From Octopus vulgaris (taxonomy: Eukaryota): a DNA stretch of 64,000 nucleotides. Both the position numbers and the translations under genes were made by a program. The stretch spans positions 12,834,001 through 12,898,000 of the forward strand of contig OX597837.1 of NCBI GenBank assembly GCA_951406725.2, in the 5' to 3' direction. This document shows positions 12,440-25,082 of the stretch, in pieces (the stretch's first letter is position 1; every line of letters begins with the position of its first letter). The notes beneath the pieces were generated by a model. It was not told where the DNA came from. It was given only the letters and a program-made list of their open reading frames with translations, and searched no databases.

Positions 12440-13290
12440 CTTTCGCAAGGAGAATTTAAAAACTGCTATGCCAATCACATAGTCTCTTTCCAACATAGGG
12501 AGAAAAGCAAAGCTACTACATTGGCCAACTACATGTGGAGTTTGAAAGATAACAAACCACCACAAGTGATTGGGTGGAAATTAACTGAGAAATCCATACC
12601 TTTTGCAAATGGATCAAATAAATGAAGGCTTTGTTTAGCTGAGAGAGTGCCAAGCCTGTTCAGATCCAAGATCCCTTCTATTGAACTCTAGACCAGAAAT
12701 TTTCAGTGGTTGCAAGCATATGTATAAATATATTTTGAAGAATTGGAAAATTCTGCCTATACCTGACTTACGTTTGCAGCCTTATCATTTAAGGTCTAAG
12801 GGAGATAACTATATTACCTATTTTTTTTTTCACATTTTAGTTGTGTTTCTGACGTATATTTGCCATTTAAATATGGCTGACCCCTAAGTGTGGATGCTAC
12901 TGTAGTTTGTAGCCTCAAGAGGACACTTCCTCCAGCTGGCTATAGACACAAAGCCAGCTGGAGGAGGTGTCCTCCTGGGGCTACAAACTACAGAAGCATC
13001 CACCCTTAGGGGTCAGCCATATTTAAATGGCAAATATACGTCACGATGTGTTGCAGCTACTGTTTATAACTCGCTCTAAGATTTATTATTAGTTGTGTTT
13101 CTGTTTTCCGTTTTTAACCTTCCACGTTTCTTCTCTCATTCAATTTTTATTTAGTTCGTTATGATATGTGGTTTGTGCCTGAAGAATATGTTTGAGTTTT
13201 CTCAACATATGAAACTATTAGTAGCACTTAAACACATGTATTGTGTTCTTTAAATAAATAATATTTATCTCTCACCAGATGGAGTACTTT
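12440..13290 (+). mobile_element. Penelope-like element 3' remnant (GIY-YIG C-terminus, inverted repeat, hammerhead)
   Basis: FKNCYANHIVSFQHREKSKATTLANYMWSLKD...IGWKL...*RLCLAE...LNSRPEIFSGCKH; inverted repeat 12850-13043; hammerhead 13175-13227. Confidence 0.8.
13175..13227 (+). ncRNA. Type-I hammerhead ribozyme motif with canonical core
   Basis: GUGC-CUGAAGA-AUAUGUUUGAG(UUUU)CUCAACAUAU-GAAA-CUAUUAG-UA-GCAC. Confidence 0.82.
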
Positions 13291-13534
13291 TTTCGTTGTA
13301 TTGTTCTGTGATAGAAAATAATTTTATATACCCACAATTGGTTTCTTCCAGCTTCCATCCACCAAATCCACTCACAAGGCTTCGGTCAGCCCAGGGCTAT
13401 AGTCGAAAACCCTCAGCCAAGGTGCTGTGCAGTGGGACTGAACCTAAGGCCATATGGCTGGAAATCAAGTCTCTCTCACTCGTGCAGCCTTGTCTGTGCC
13501 TATAAAATATCTTTCAATGCATAATAGGTAATTA

Positions 13535-13606
13535 TTCCTATGCCAGGAATTGAACCCGGGTCTCTTGCGTTGAAAGCCAGGAATCCAACCACCAGGCTGC
13601 ACGAGA
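13535..13606 (-). pseudogene. tRNA-Glu(UUC)-like pseudogene or SINE head
   Basis: …GGTTGGATTCCTGGCTTTCAAC…CCCGGGTTCAATTCCTGGCATAGGAA resembles tRNA-Glu-TTC; stems are mismatched. Confidence 0.65.
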
Positions 13607-14049
13607 TTGCTTACACCATGTACAACTGGTACTTGCGCAACAGGTACTTAATTTATCGACCCCGAAAGGATGAAAGGCAAAGTCGACCTCAGTGGAATTT
13701 GAACTCACAACGTAACGGCAGACAAAATACCGCTCAGCATTTCGCCTGGTGTGCTAATCAGTCTGCCAGCTCGCCACCTTAGACATAACCTGTGTTTCCC
13801 ATCCCTGCTCAATGGAGTCTTCTACCTCCACCACTCAGGACCCTGCCCCTCATCTTCTTGGTACTAAACCCTCCAAACCCTGCCCAGTCCTTTATTCTTT
13901 GAACACCATACAGAAACAAGGTGTATATCATGGGTTCTCTAAGTGGGCGTTGATGCCTAAGGGGGCAGTAGAGAAAAAGGGGCCATTGGGAGGAAGGCTG
14001 TGAATTGGGGGACACAACAAAAAGAAAACAAACATTTGCTTCGACTTAC

Positions 14050-14118
14050 TTCTATGTCCTCCCAGGGATATTCGGGATACTGGCTGTTGAAGATTGGAAT
14101 AAACTCATCGTAGTTAAC
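14050..14118 (-). CDS. TTLL12: TTLL12 exon 12 (VNYDEFIPIFNSQYPEYPWEDIE)
   Basis: EFIP.F..QYPE.PW motif; CAG/GTAAGT, 69 nt. Confidence 0.93.
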
Positions 14119-14385
14119 CTGGTGAAGAAATAAAATGGAGTTTATAGAACGGAGATGAATGCATAACGAGATTTGTTATTGTAGACATGTCTAAGCCATG
14201 TTGCACGAGGACAGGAAAATGATACTTGATGAAGTCATGGCTACATAAATACATTTATATGAAAACTGCTTGGATAAATGTACATGAACATCAGCAGAAA
14301 CTCTAAATGTAACAACATGAACATTCTGCTTTGTGTTCCTTTATTTTGTTATATTTCATTTTATTTTAATATGTATATATTACCA

Positions 14386-14781
14386 CGCAGGAGTGGCTGT
14401 GTGGTAAGTAGCTTGCTTACCAACCACATGGTTCCGGGTTCAGTCCCACTGCGTGGCACCTTGGGCAAGTGTCTTCTGCTATAGCCTCGGGCCGACCAAA
14501 GCCTTGTGAGTGGATTTGGTAGATGGAAACAGAAAGAAGCCCATCGTATATATGTATATATATATATATATGTGTGTGTGTTTGTGTGTCTGGGTTTGTC
14601 CCCCAAAATCGCTTGACAACCGATGCTGGTGTGTTCATGTCCCTGTAACTTAGCAGTTCAGCAAAAGAGACCGATAGAATAAGTACTAGGCTTACAAAGA
14701 ATAAGTCCCGGGGTCGAGTTGCTCGACTAAAGGCGGTGCTCCAGCATGGCCGCAGTCAAATGACTGAAACAAGTAAAAGAA
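14386..14781 (+). mobile_element. Abundant tRNA-derived SINE (family B, internal (AT)n(GT)n)
   Basis: A/B-box-like head, CORE-like 'accttgggcaagtg'. Further copies ~29053-29459(-), 30241-30640(+), 36517-36942(-), 37057-37397(+), 37674-38070(+), 39040-39450(-), 47290-47715(-), 52580-52980(-). Confidence 0.85.
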
Positions 14782-15352
14782 AGTATATAAACTAAGGAAC
14801 AATTCCGTCACTTCTGATCTTTTTTTATTATAGATGTTTTCGATCTAATTTGGATTCTTTGCCATCAAATTTGAATTTTTCAATTGGTGCTCAAGACTTG
14901 AAAAAAAAGAGAGAGTTAAACTACATCAGCCGTAAGGGAATACATGTCTATCTTATCTAACTCATCCAGTAGAGCCCACCAATTGATATCTGATAATGAT
15001 AATCATCATCATTTAACGTCCGCTTTCCATGCTGGCATGGGTTGGACGGTTCAACTGGGGTCTGGTAAGCCAAGGAGGCTGCACCAGGCTCCAGTCTAAT
15101 CTGGCAATGTTTCTACGGTTGGATGCCCTTCCTAACGCCAACCACTCCATGAGTGTAGTGGGTGCTTTTTACGTGCCACCGGCACAGGTGCCAGACGGGG
15201 CTGGCAAACGGCCACGATCGGATGGTGCTGACAAATGATGACATGTAATGGTAAAGATGAGAATGTTGGTGGAAACGAGGGCAATGGTAGTCATGACAAC
15301 GACGACGATGATGCTAATGATGATGATGCTTATGACTGCCGTAGTGACTCAC

Positions 15353-15434
15353 CTGTCTTAAAGGAGTATTATCATCATAATTCATCACAGTGAAATGTTT
15401 CTCGTAATCGTTGAAGTTGTGCAAAGAATAAACC
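15353..15434 (-). CDS. TTLL12: TTLL12 exon 11 (VYSLHNFNDYEKHFTVMNYDDNTPLRQ)
   Basis: DYEKHFTVMNY signature; CAG/GTGAGT, phase 2->0. Confidence 0.95.
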
Positions 15435-16352
15435 CTGGAAGTAATATCAGGACAGAGAAATTAAAACACAGACATACAAATAAATAAATACAATTCTTTC
15501 TGTGATAGAGTACTCGTCCGTGAGTGCGCACGCGCCCAGTGAGTGCGCACGCGCCCATTCTCTAAAGGGAGATAACTCTAATCTTGTTGGATTTACCTCC
15601 CTTGGACGCTATGTCTTAAATGATTTTATTTTGCAAATTTCCGTATTTTTTACGCGAGTTTCTTAATTTAAATTTCTCAAAAGGTCACCCTATGAGCAAA
15701 GTTTGGCCTCCCATAAGCTAATGCTGCCCTTTGTTTTCTTATGCATTTATATAAAGTAATGTTTTCTAATAGCTAAGACACGTTTTTCGTTGGTTTTTCT
15801 GAAATACTGTGTGACAGGCTTTAATAGGACTGCGAGCTGGCAGAATCGTTAGCACACAGGGCAAAATGCTTAGCGGCATATCGTCCGTCTCTACATCTCG
15901 AGTTCAATTTCCGCCGAGGTTGATATTGCCTTTTATCCTTTCAGGATCGATAAAATAAGGACTACTAAAGCAGTGGGGTCGATGTAATCGTATTCGCTCA
16001 TTTCCCGAAATTGCTGGTCGTCTGTCGAAATTGGAAACTAATATTGGAGGGCTGAAAAAGTTACTCTGGAGACCCTTCAGAAAAAAACCCCACTCTGACT
16101 GCTTGAATTCCTGATTGTATTCTTTCAGCTATTGCCTGACTACAGGTGAGAACAGGAACAGAAATGAAGACAGCAGGTTTGGCCCTTTTTGGTCAACCCC
16201 TGCTCTTCTAAGGATCAAATGCTGGAGTTGGCACATTACTGCCTGCAGCACCTGTAATTCTAGCAGCCAATTCAGCCCTTAGCTTCCTGTCACTTGTGAA
16301 TATTTGTCCCAAGATACTTAAACTTTAATTGTTACTATAGTAACAAAAAGGT

Positions 16353-16836
16353 TTAACCCTTTCGTTACCATATTTCTGTTGAGATGCTCTCGGTTTCTTT
16401 CAATTAATTTTAAATATAACAAAGAATTTAGTAAAATAACTTTGTTATCATTCAGCTAATGTTAGGAACATAAATTGTGACTAAGGTTTGGTGGAAGATT
16501 TTAATTCAAAACTTTTGGAAACAAGACATTTGTACTACAAAACCTGAGGCGGTTTCAGCCGGGTTGGTATCAAAAGGGTTAAGAATCGTTTCTCTATTAT
16601 ATATTTTAACCCTTTTGTTACCATATTTCTGTTGAGATGCTCTGTGTTTCTTTCAATTAATTTTAAATATAACAAAGAATTTAGTAAAACAACTTAGTTA
16701 TCATTCAGCTAGTGTTAGGAACATAAATTGTGACTAATGTTTACTGGAAAATTTTAATTCAGAACTTCTGAAAACAAGACATTTGTACTACAAAACCAGA
16801 GGCGGTTTTGGGCGGATTGGTAACAAAAAGGTTTAA
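16353..16836. mobile_element. Tandem pair of ~230 bp TTAA-flanked MITEs
   Basis: TTAACCCTTT...AAAGGGTTAA termini; other copies ~22226-22454, 25670-26095, 57010-57210. Confidence 0.78.
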
Positions 16837-16875
16837 ATGATTGGAAGTGGTATATTTACTTTGAAGGTAACTTAC

Positions 16876-17027
16876 TTGTTACAGAATCGAAGGAAGAAAC
16901 ATTGGTACGCATACAACTTCAACGGCTTCACACTTCTCAACAAAACAATATATCGGATGTCAAACTTGACTGATCCTACTTCTTCAAACTTGATCAGCAA
17001 TGGATCTTCAACATATTTGCAAGCGAC
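16876..17027 (-). CDS. TTLL12: TTLL12 exon 10 (VACKYVEDPLL...VKFDIRYIVLLRSVKPLKLY...LRFCN)
   Basis: KFDIRYIVLL TTL motif; CAG/GTAAGT, phase 0->2. Confidence 0.96.
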
Positions 17028-19165
17028 CTGTTTGGGAGAGGAAGAAAAACAAAGTCAAAATGCATTAAAGGAAATGAAAACATAGAGAGAGAAGCATCAA
17101 CGCACCACAAGAGCCAACCTTTGTTGCAGTGTGACAGCTTATGTGCCTTGAACACCCTGGAGTTATGCCAGGAGAGTGCAAGCTCTCGGTAGGGCCTACC
17201 ATGCTTGACAAGTCAAAAGGACAGAAACCATACTATTATGGGCCAACTATAGTAGTATGGCCCAGATCTTCTCAAAAGTAGAAAGGGCCAACACTCCCTA
17301 TTAAGAATAAAAGCAAAGATACAAGGGCATCGATAATAATTCGATATTAAGACTGAAGATGGCAAGCTGGCAAAACTGTTACGGTGCCAGGAAAAATGCT
17401 TATGGCATTTGGTCAGTCTTTGTGTTCTGAACCCAAGTTCCACTGAGGTTGACTTTGCTTTTCCATCCTTCCAGGGGCGATAAAATAAGAACCAGTGAAA
17501 CACTGGGGGTCGATGTAATCGACTTAACCCCTCCCCTGATATTGCAGGCCTTGAGCCAAAATTCGAAATCAATATTAATAAGACCTGGGAGAAGGCTTTC
17601 ATTCAGATCAGCTCCGGATCAAGAATGGTGGAGAAAAGGTGTCAATGGCTTCTGCTATATAAAGAGCAAAAGGCTTAAAAAAGAAATATATAAAGGAAAA
17701 ACAAAAAAAATGAGGAAAGCAACATCGTCATCATTTTTTCACATTTACTTTTTTTTCTATGCTTGCATGAGACAGACAGGAGTCTGTTGGGAGCAGAGTT
17801 TTCTACAGGACGATGACCTTCTTGGTGCCAACCCCAAACCGGTTTCTAAAATCCCTGCGCAAATATTCTGGTATATTCGAACAACAAACAGCCCGGACAT
17901 GGTAATGTGGAGAACTGGAAACAGGGGACACTGATTGAATGAGCCTTTTGTTAAAGAAGATAGCACAACATGTCAGTCAGCTGAGCCATCACTGGCAATG
18001 GCTTAGCTAGACAACACTTCGAAGTCACTGTCAACAATATTCTTGTTTAAAAATAATAAATTTGTACTCTACAAAACTATAGAGTAAGCCATCAGGTTAA
18101 TGTAAAATTGTTTTTCATAATAATTGGTCATCATCATCATCGTTTAACGTCCGCTTTCCATGCTAGCATGGGTCGGGAGAATGACTGAGGGGTGGCGAAC
18201 CAGATGGCCGCACCAGGCTCCAATCTTAAAGTAACAGAAATACAAATAGAAATTTGGAACAGAGCCCAAAGGGACAGAGTGAGGTCAGATGGGGTTCTGG
18301 CAGGGGCAGCGTTACACAGAGCAGGGTTTTGATGCACTCAGTACGACCCCACCCTCCTATCTGCAAGGGGTTAAAAAGAAAGGGAAGAGAGATTAACACT
18401 TGAATGCATTGGTTTTCGGGTGGGGCTACTTGTGTGTGTAACCTTGTCCTGACATCATTTGATGGTTATAAACGATCATCAATCATCATAATCATCATCA
18501 TCATCGTTTAACGTCCGCTTTCCATGCTAGCATGGGTTGGACGATTTTGACTGAGGGCTGGCAAACCAGATGGCTGCACCAGGCTCCAATCTTGATCTGG
18601 CAGAGTTTCTACAGCTGGATGCCCTTCCTAACGCCAACCACTCCGAGAGTATAGTGGGTGCTTTTTACGTACCACCGGCACAGGGGCCAGTCAGGCGGTA
18701 CTCGCAACGACCTCGCTCGAATCTTTTTACACATGCCAACGGCACAGGTGAAATGTGTGTGTGTGTGTGTACATTCCAGGCTTCTTTCAGTTTCCAAGTA
18801 CAAAATTCACTGAAAAGGCTTTGATCAGCCTAGGGCTATATTAGAAGACACTTGCCCAAGGTAAAGTATTGTGCAGTGGGACTGAACCCAAGACCACATG
18901 GTTGGAAAGCAACCATGCAGCCAAGGCTGCCCCTCACCAACAATCTTCTGCTTTACATCTTTTTGCTTGTTTCAGTCATTAGACTGTGGCCATGCTGGGG
19001 CAATACTGCCTCGAAGTCATTTGAGTCAAATGCAATAACCTTGGTATTTATTTTACATTTTTATCAGGAAGGGGGTGGGATAAGGGGGTGGAGGATAACA
19101 CGGTGTATTCATTAATGATATATGGATGAAAACAAACAAACAAACACAAACAGCGTTCTGCTCAC

Positions 19166-19277
19166 CTTGGGTCCTGATTCCTGAAGTCTGACGATATAAG
19201 GGAGCTGGTCAGTTATGTGAGAGTCAAGGGCACGGGCAAGATTCCATGGTTTGCAGATCCAAATGTTATCCAGATTT
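19166..19277 (-). CDS. TTLL12: TTLL12 exon 9 ([22 protein letters not shown]...SGPK)
   Basis: [10 protein letters not shown] signature; CAG/GTGAG, phase 2->0. Confidence 0.96.
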
Positions 19278-20650
19278 CTGAAAGACAATCAGAAGCTGAG
19301 TATTATGTCAGACCATGCAAAGTGCAAAGCTACATGTGTGGCTAAATGAGCATTGTTAGGTCATACAGACCATGTGAAGCTACATGTGACACTAAATGAG
19401 CATTATGTCAGGTCATAGGGACCATGTGAAGCTACATGGGCTGCTACATGTGAAGCTATGTGTGTGACTGCAAGTGAGTGAATGTGTATGATGTCAGACT
19501 ATGCGAAGCTACATGAGTGGCTACAGATGAAGCTACATTTGAAATTACATGTGGGGCTAAAAGAGTATTATGTGAGACAATACAAAACGACACTACATTG
19601 TAGTGAAACAAGAGCATAGACACACACACACAAACATATATACATATATTTTTATAAAATTTATGAATAAATGAAAGAGTGGAGTTGAACGACAAATTAA
19701 CAAATTTCCTTTATTTTCGACATATGTTAATTTGTTAATTTGTCGTTCAACTCCACTCTTTCATTTATTCATAAATTTTATAAAAATACACACAAATTTC
19801 CACACGAAAACACGTAGTCTCTGCCCTAGCCACGTAACTTCAACCGTGTTATTTCTGATGTGAATTTGCTACCCAGGTATCGGTTAAACGAATTATCCAT
19901 AAAAAGATATTTCATTTTTCTACTCAAAAATATATATATATATATATATATATATCTCGATCACGCTCTGCTAAAAGCACCATGCGAGTATGATCGTTGC
20001 CAGAGTGGCTAACTGGCTTCCATGCCGGTGGCATGTAAGAGGCACCATTCAAGTGTGATCGTTACCTATTTCTTTATTACCCACAAGGGGCTAAACATAG
20101 AGGGGACAAACAAGGACAGACATAGGTATTAAGTCAATTACATCGACCCCAGTGCGTAACTGGTACTTAATTCATCGACCCCGAAAGGATGAAATTTGAA
20201 CTCATAACGTAACAGTAGATGAAATACCGCTAAGCATTTCGCCCGGTGCGCTAACATTTCTGCCAGCTCACTGCCTTACCAGCAACGCCTTACTGGCACC
20301 TGTGCCGGTAGCATGTGTAAAAAGGTTTGAGCGAGGTTGTTGCTAGTACCACCTGACTGGCCCCCGTGCCGGTGGCACGTAAAAAGCACCCACTACACTC
20401 TCAGAGTGGTTGGTGTTAGGAAGAACATCCAACTGTAGAAACTCTGCCAGATCAAGATTGGAGCCTGGTGCGGCCATCTGGTTCGCCAGCCCTCAGTCGA
20501 ATCGTCCAACCCATGCCAGCATGGAAAGCGGACGTTAAACAATGATGATGATTATGATGATGATGAAGCAAACTTCTTAGCTACCTAACGACACAGCCAT
20601 ACCTTGAAATATAATGACACACAATGGACAAACAAAAGTAGTAATTATAC

Positions 20651-20854
20651 CTTTTCTTTCGGTGCTGGAAATAGGATACAAACTGAGGTAACTCAGTATT
20701 GAGATTATAGGTGACGGGCAGCCACGACGGTCCATATTCTAAGGTATCTTCATTTTGACGGTCCAGTTCAGACCGTCGTCCGGTTACTGCCAACAAGTCT
20801 TTTACAGTGACAAGACATTCGTTTGGAAATTGATTGACAAATTGATGCAGATTT
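20651..20854 (-). CDS. TTLL12: TTLL12 exon 8 (NQFPNECLVTVKDLLA...WLPVTYNLNTELPQFVSYFQHR)
   Basis: TTL-domain motifs; TAG/GTATAA, phase 2->2. Confidence 0.95.
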
Positions 20855-21060
20855 CTACAAAATAAAAATAAATACATGTATAACCACATGCTTTGTGTGT
20901 ATGTATGTATGTATATATATATATATATACATATATACACACACCTATATATATATATATATATATATATAGGAGAGTTTACGCAAAAAAACAAAAGACG
21001 AAGACAGGTGGTGTACAAAACAAACAGATGTATTAGTATAACGCTCAGGAATAGAAAAAG

Positions 21061-21098
21061 TCTTTTACGTTTCGAGCCTACGCTCTTCTACAGAAAGG
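21061..21098 (-). ncRNA. Hammerhead-like motif, paralog of 11770-11807
   Basis: CCUUU-CUGUAGA-A-GAGC(GUAG)GCUC-GAAA-CG-UA-AAAGA. Confidence 0.6.
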
Positions 21099-21912
21099 GA
21101 CACAGAAAAAAAACAAGGAGAGAAAAAATGTGTGTAGTGGCTAACGATCTATCATATATATATATGTAGCACAGATGACACACAGATATACAAAGAAAAC
21201 ACTTTCATACCAAAGTACAAAGCAAGATTTAACAAACTTTAACAGAGTACATACACAAATAACCATTCACACCCAAAACTCATTCTACCACTATAAATAA
21301 TGAGTGGAAACCGAACCAGTGAGTGTGTTCGATAATAAGGCATTAAGATAATATGACCCTCCCCAGGCACAACATAATTTGCTTCAACACATGAGTTCAC
21401 ATAAAGAATCTTGCAAACCAGATACAAAAATGAAGTGTGTGTGTGTGTGGAAAAGCTGAACTCTATTGAATAATACATCCACATATATAAATAAGCAGGA
21501 TGATGAAAATGCAGAGGTATTGAACTGCCAACTCCTAAATCAAAAGTTCAAATCCAATACTGGCAACTCATTATAATTGACCCAATTCCTCTTTGGATGC
21601 ATACCAAACCCCCATCTAGACCAGAGGTTCTCAATCAGAGTCCATATAAAATTTATTACTCCAGGGATATCTATAGTAGAAGACAACAGCCCTAGATACC
21701 ATGCAGTGTGACTGAACCTAAAAACCAAATGGTTGGAGAGTTCACTTCCAAATATATACAGAATTAAGGTGTTCTGTCCAGAAACACAATGACAACAAAA
21801 CACCAGGGTCAGGTTTGAAACTTTGGATAATACTCCATCAACTTGGTCATCTTACCTATTTATTCCGTGGAGAGAGAAGTTAACAAAGGTGTCTGTGTTG
21901 GAAGCAACTTAC

Positions 21913-22100
21913 TTGAAATTCTTCAAATTTTCTTTCACAAATAAAATATCAGCTGAATCGCGGTCATCGACGACAACAAAACGTGGATCAGTCAAATGGC
22001 CATCCATAGTATCATAGTCCATGTAGACCTTCAGGATGTCCTTGTTCATCACAAAGGGTTCCTCATCTTCATCGGGAAGGGTAAATTTAGAGCGACATTC
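21913..22100 (-). CDS. TTLL12: TTLL12 exon 7 (ECRSKFTLP...LKVYMDYDTMDGHLTDPRFVVVDDRDSADILF...)
   Basis: TAG/GTAAGT, phase 0->2; KVY.D...LT.PRF......ADILF motif. Confidence 0.92.
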
Positions 22101-22870
22101 CTAAAAAAAGAAATACATCGATAGATTAACGAATGGTTGGACAAAGGTGTTAGAATAGACTGTGGGAATGGTTTGTGAGAGAGGATCCATGAGGGAACTG
22201 AGCGAGGGTTACTGGAAGAACTAGTTAACCCTTTTGTTACCAACCCGGCCAAAACCAGCTCTGGCTCTGTAGTACAAATGTCTTGTTTTCATAAGTTTTT
22301 CATTAAAATATACCTCCAAACCTTAGTCACAATTTATATTCCTAACACTACCTTTGATGATAACTAAGTTATTTTACTAAATTCTTTGTTATATTTAAAA
22401 TAATTGAAAGAAACACAGAGCATCTCAAAATAAATACAGTAACGAAAGGGTTAAGGGTGTCAAGGTACAAGCTGAGGATACAAGGGTACCAGTTCTGGAG
22501 AGGAGTATGAGGTGAGAGTAAAAGAATACCAGTTGAGGGCAATGGAGTACAAGCTGAGAATACTGGAGTAACAACTGAGGATACTGGAGTACCAGTTCAG
22601 GGTACCAGATGAGAGTACTGGAGTATCAACTGTGAGTACTATAGTACTAGTTAAGGATATTAGAGTACAAGATGAGAGTACTTTCCCCCAAAACAGGCTG
22701 AATACTCTGCCAGCCATGCCAGATTGTCAGCATCGAAACAGCTGTAGCCACTCACCTCACACAAAGAATGTAAAGCAGCATAATTAAAAATCACATGACA
22801 TTTAATCAATCAAATTGGTTGCCAAGGCAACTCAGGATTAATGGGCCAAGACAGAAAAGAAGGAACTTAC

Positions 22871-23004
22871 ATAAAAGTAAGCATCGGAGGGTTCCTTAGG
22901 AATGTAATCAATGTCAGTCAAGTCGGAATATTGCCAGGGGATCAGCCGAGCAGAATGCTCCACATCGGAGTACCGTTTCTGAAGGTAATTCCTTGAGACT
23001 TCAT
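22871..23004 (-). CDS. TTLL12: TTLL12 exon 6 (DEVSRNYLQKRYSDVEHSARLIPWQ...EPSDAYFY)
   Basis: CAG/GTAAGT, phase 1->0, open frame. Confidence 0.9.
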
Positions 23005-24006
23005 CTGAATTCAACCCACCAAAATAGTAAAAGAAGTTGTAAATATAAACAGGTACACATACTTTAAAAAAAATGTGTCAATGAGAAAAAGACAAAAAGA
23101 AGTCATTTAAGTGTTTACAAAGATCACATAGATATTGGTTTTGAATTTTGGCACAAGAGGAAGGGGGTTAAGTCGATTATGAAGGGTTGCTGAAAAGTTC
23201 TTGGCTTTAAAGGTATTGGCCTGAGCCTATAGTAGAAGAACTAGCCCCAAGGTGCCATACAGTGGGACCGAACCCAGAACCACATGGTTGGGAAGCAAGC
23301 TACTTACCACACAGCCACTCCTGCACCTATATAATGGGCTTCTTAAGGCAGCGAGCTGGCAGAAACGTTAGCACGCTGGGCGAAATGCGTAGCCGTATTT
23401 CATCTGCCGTTACATTCTGAGTTCAAATTCCGCCGAGGTCGACTTTGCCTTTCATCCTTTCGGGGTTGATAAATTAAGTACCAGTTACGCACTGGGGTTG
23501 ATGTAATCGGCTTAATCCGTTTGTCTGTCTTTGTTTGTCCCCTCTATGTTTAGCCCCTTGTGGGTAATAAAGAAATAGGTATTTCGTTCCGAGTTCAAAT
23601 TCTGCCGAGGTCGACTTTGCCTTTCATCCTTTCGGGGTCAATAAATAAAGTACCAGTTACGCAGTGGGGTCGATGTAATCAGCTTAATCCGTTTGTCTGT
23701 CCTTGTTTGTCCCCTCTATGTTTAGCCCCTTGTGGGTAGTAAAGAAATATATATAATGGGTTTCTTTCAGTTTCTATCTACCAAATCCACTCACAAGGCT
23801 TTGGCTGGCCCTGCGCTATCGTAGAAGACAATTGCTCAAAATGCTGCACACTAGGAGTAAACTTGAAAGCTCATGGCTGGAAAGCAGGCTTCTTAGCCGC
23901 ACACAGCCATGCTTCTGCCCGTAAAATGAAGAAAGGATTGAACAAGCATTGGTCCATCAAAATGCAACAGTTTTACAGATAGAAAATAGAAGAGAAACAC
24001 AATTAC

Positions 24007-24166
24007 CTTTGGCCTGCAAGTCTTTAAGAGGAAACATCACAGAATAACATAATTGATCCAAAGCATAGTAGAATGGAGCAATAGCGAAAGATGGATCATC
24101 TGAATGTTGGATCCGGGAACCAAATTCATCCATAACATACCAAAGTGGCATCGCTTCATCAGAACC
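24007..24166 (-). CDS. TTLL12: TTLL12 exon 5 (GSDEAMPLWYVMDEFGSRIQHSDDPSF...)
   Basis: WY.MDEFGSRIQH signature; TAG/GTAATT, phase 0->1. Confidence 0.95.
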
Positions 24167-24660
24167 CTACAGAAAAAAGGAAGGAGCAGATTTTCAAAAG
24201 AAATTCAATTAATGTAATGCAAATGTTAACATTAGCTTAGTGTGTGTGTGTGTATATGTTAGATATGTTTTTAAGTATGTCTCTCTAGGAGTAGTCTTTT
24301 AAGGGTATGGCACATAAAAAGCATCCACTACATTCACGGAGTGGTTGGCGTTAGGAAGGGCATCCAGCTGTAGAAACACTGCCAGATCAGACTGGAGCTT
24401 GGTGCAGCCTCCTGGCTTCCCAGATCCCGGTCGAACCGTCCAACCCATGCTAGCATGGAAAACGGACGTTGAATGATGATGATGATACATACATGAATTC
24501 AGTTTTCATCTACCAATTCTGGCCACCAGGTTTTGAAGACATTTGCCCAAGATACCAAACAGTGGGATTGAACCCGCAATCATGTGCCTGGGAAGCAAAC
24601 TTCTTACCACACAGTCATGGTGGATCTGTTTTAATGAAGTTATTATTTAACCAATGTAAA

Positions 24661-24990
24661 GGCGCACAGCTCAGTGGTCAGTGTCAAGCTTACAATCATG
24701 AGGTTGTGAGTTCGATTCCTGGACCAGGCTGTGTGTTGTGTTCTTGAGCAAGACACTATTTCACGTTGCTCCAGTCCACTCAGTTGCAGAAATGAGTTGC
24801 AACATCACTGGTGCCAAGCAGTATTGGCCTTTGCCATTCCCTTGGATAACACCAGTGGCATGAAGAGAGGCTGGTATGGATGGGCGACAGCTGGTCTTCC
24901 ATAAACCACCTTGCCCAGACTTGTGCCTCAGAGGGTAACTTTCTAGGTGCAATCCCATGGTCATTCATGACTGAAGGATGGGGGGGGGGG
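24661..24990 (+). mobile_element. tRNA-derived SINE (family D)
   Basis: 'agctcagtgg...gagttcgattcc...ttcttgagcaagacac'. Related copies ~10430-10745(-), 30780-31030(+), 48920-49220(-). Confidence 0.78.
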
Positions 24991-25082
24991 CATTATTTAA
25001 CCAATACTTTTTTAAATACTTGTAATGCAGTCTTCAGCATGGTTTTAAAAAACAAATTATAAATGAGGTCTCAGGTAATTAC

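Noticed and set aside
14361-14638. Recurrent ORFs such as RLPNPLTRLWSARGYSRRHLPK
   Set aside because: Chance frames of a high-copy SINE.
21856-21892. Extra TTLL12 microexon suggested by an AG|GTAAG motif
   Set aside because: In-frame stop, the upstream intron would be too short, and exons 7 and 8 already join in phase.
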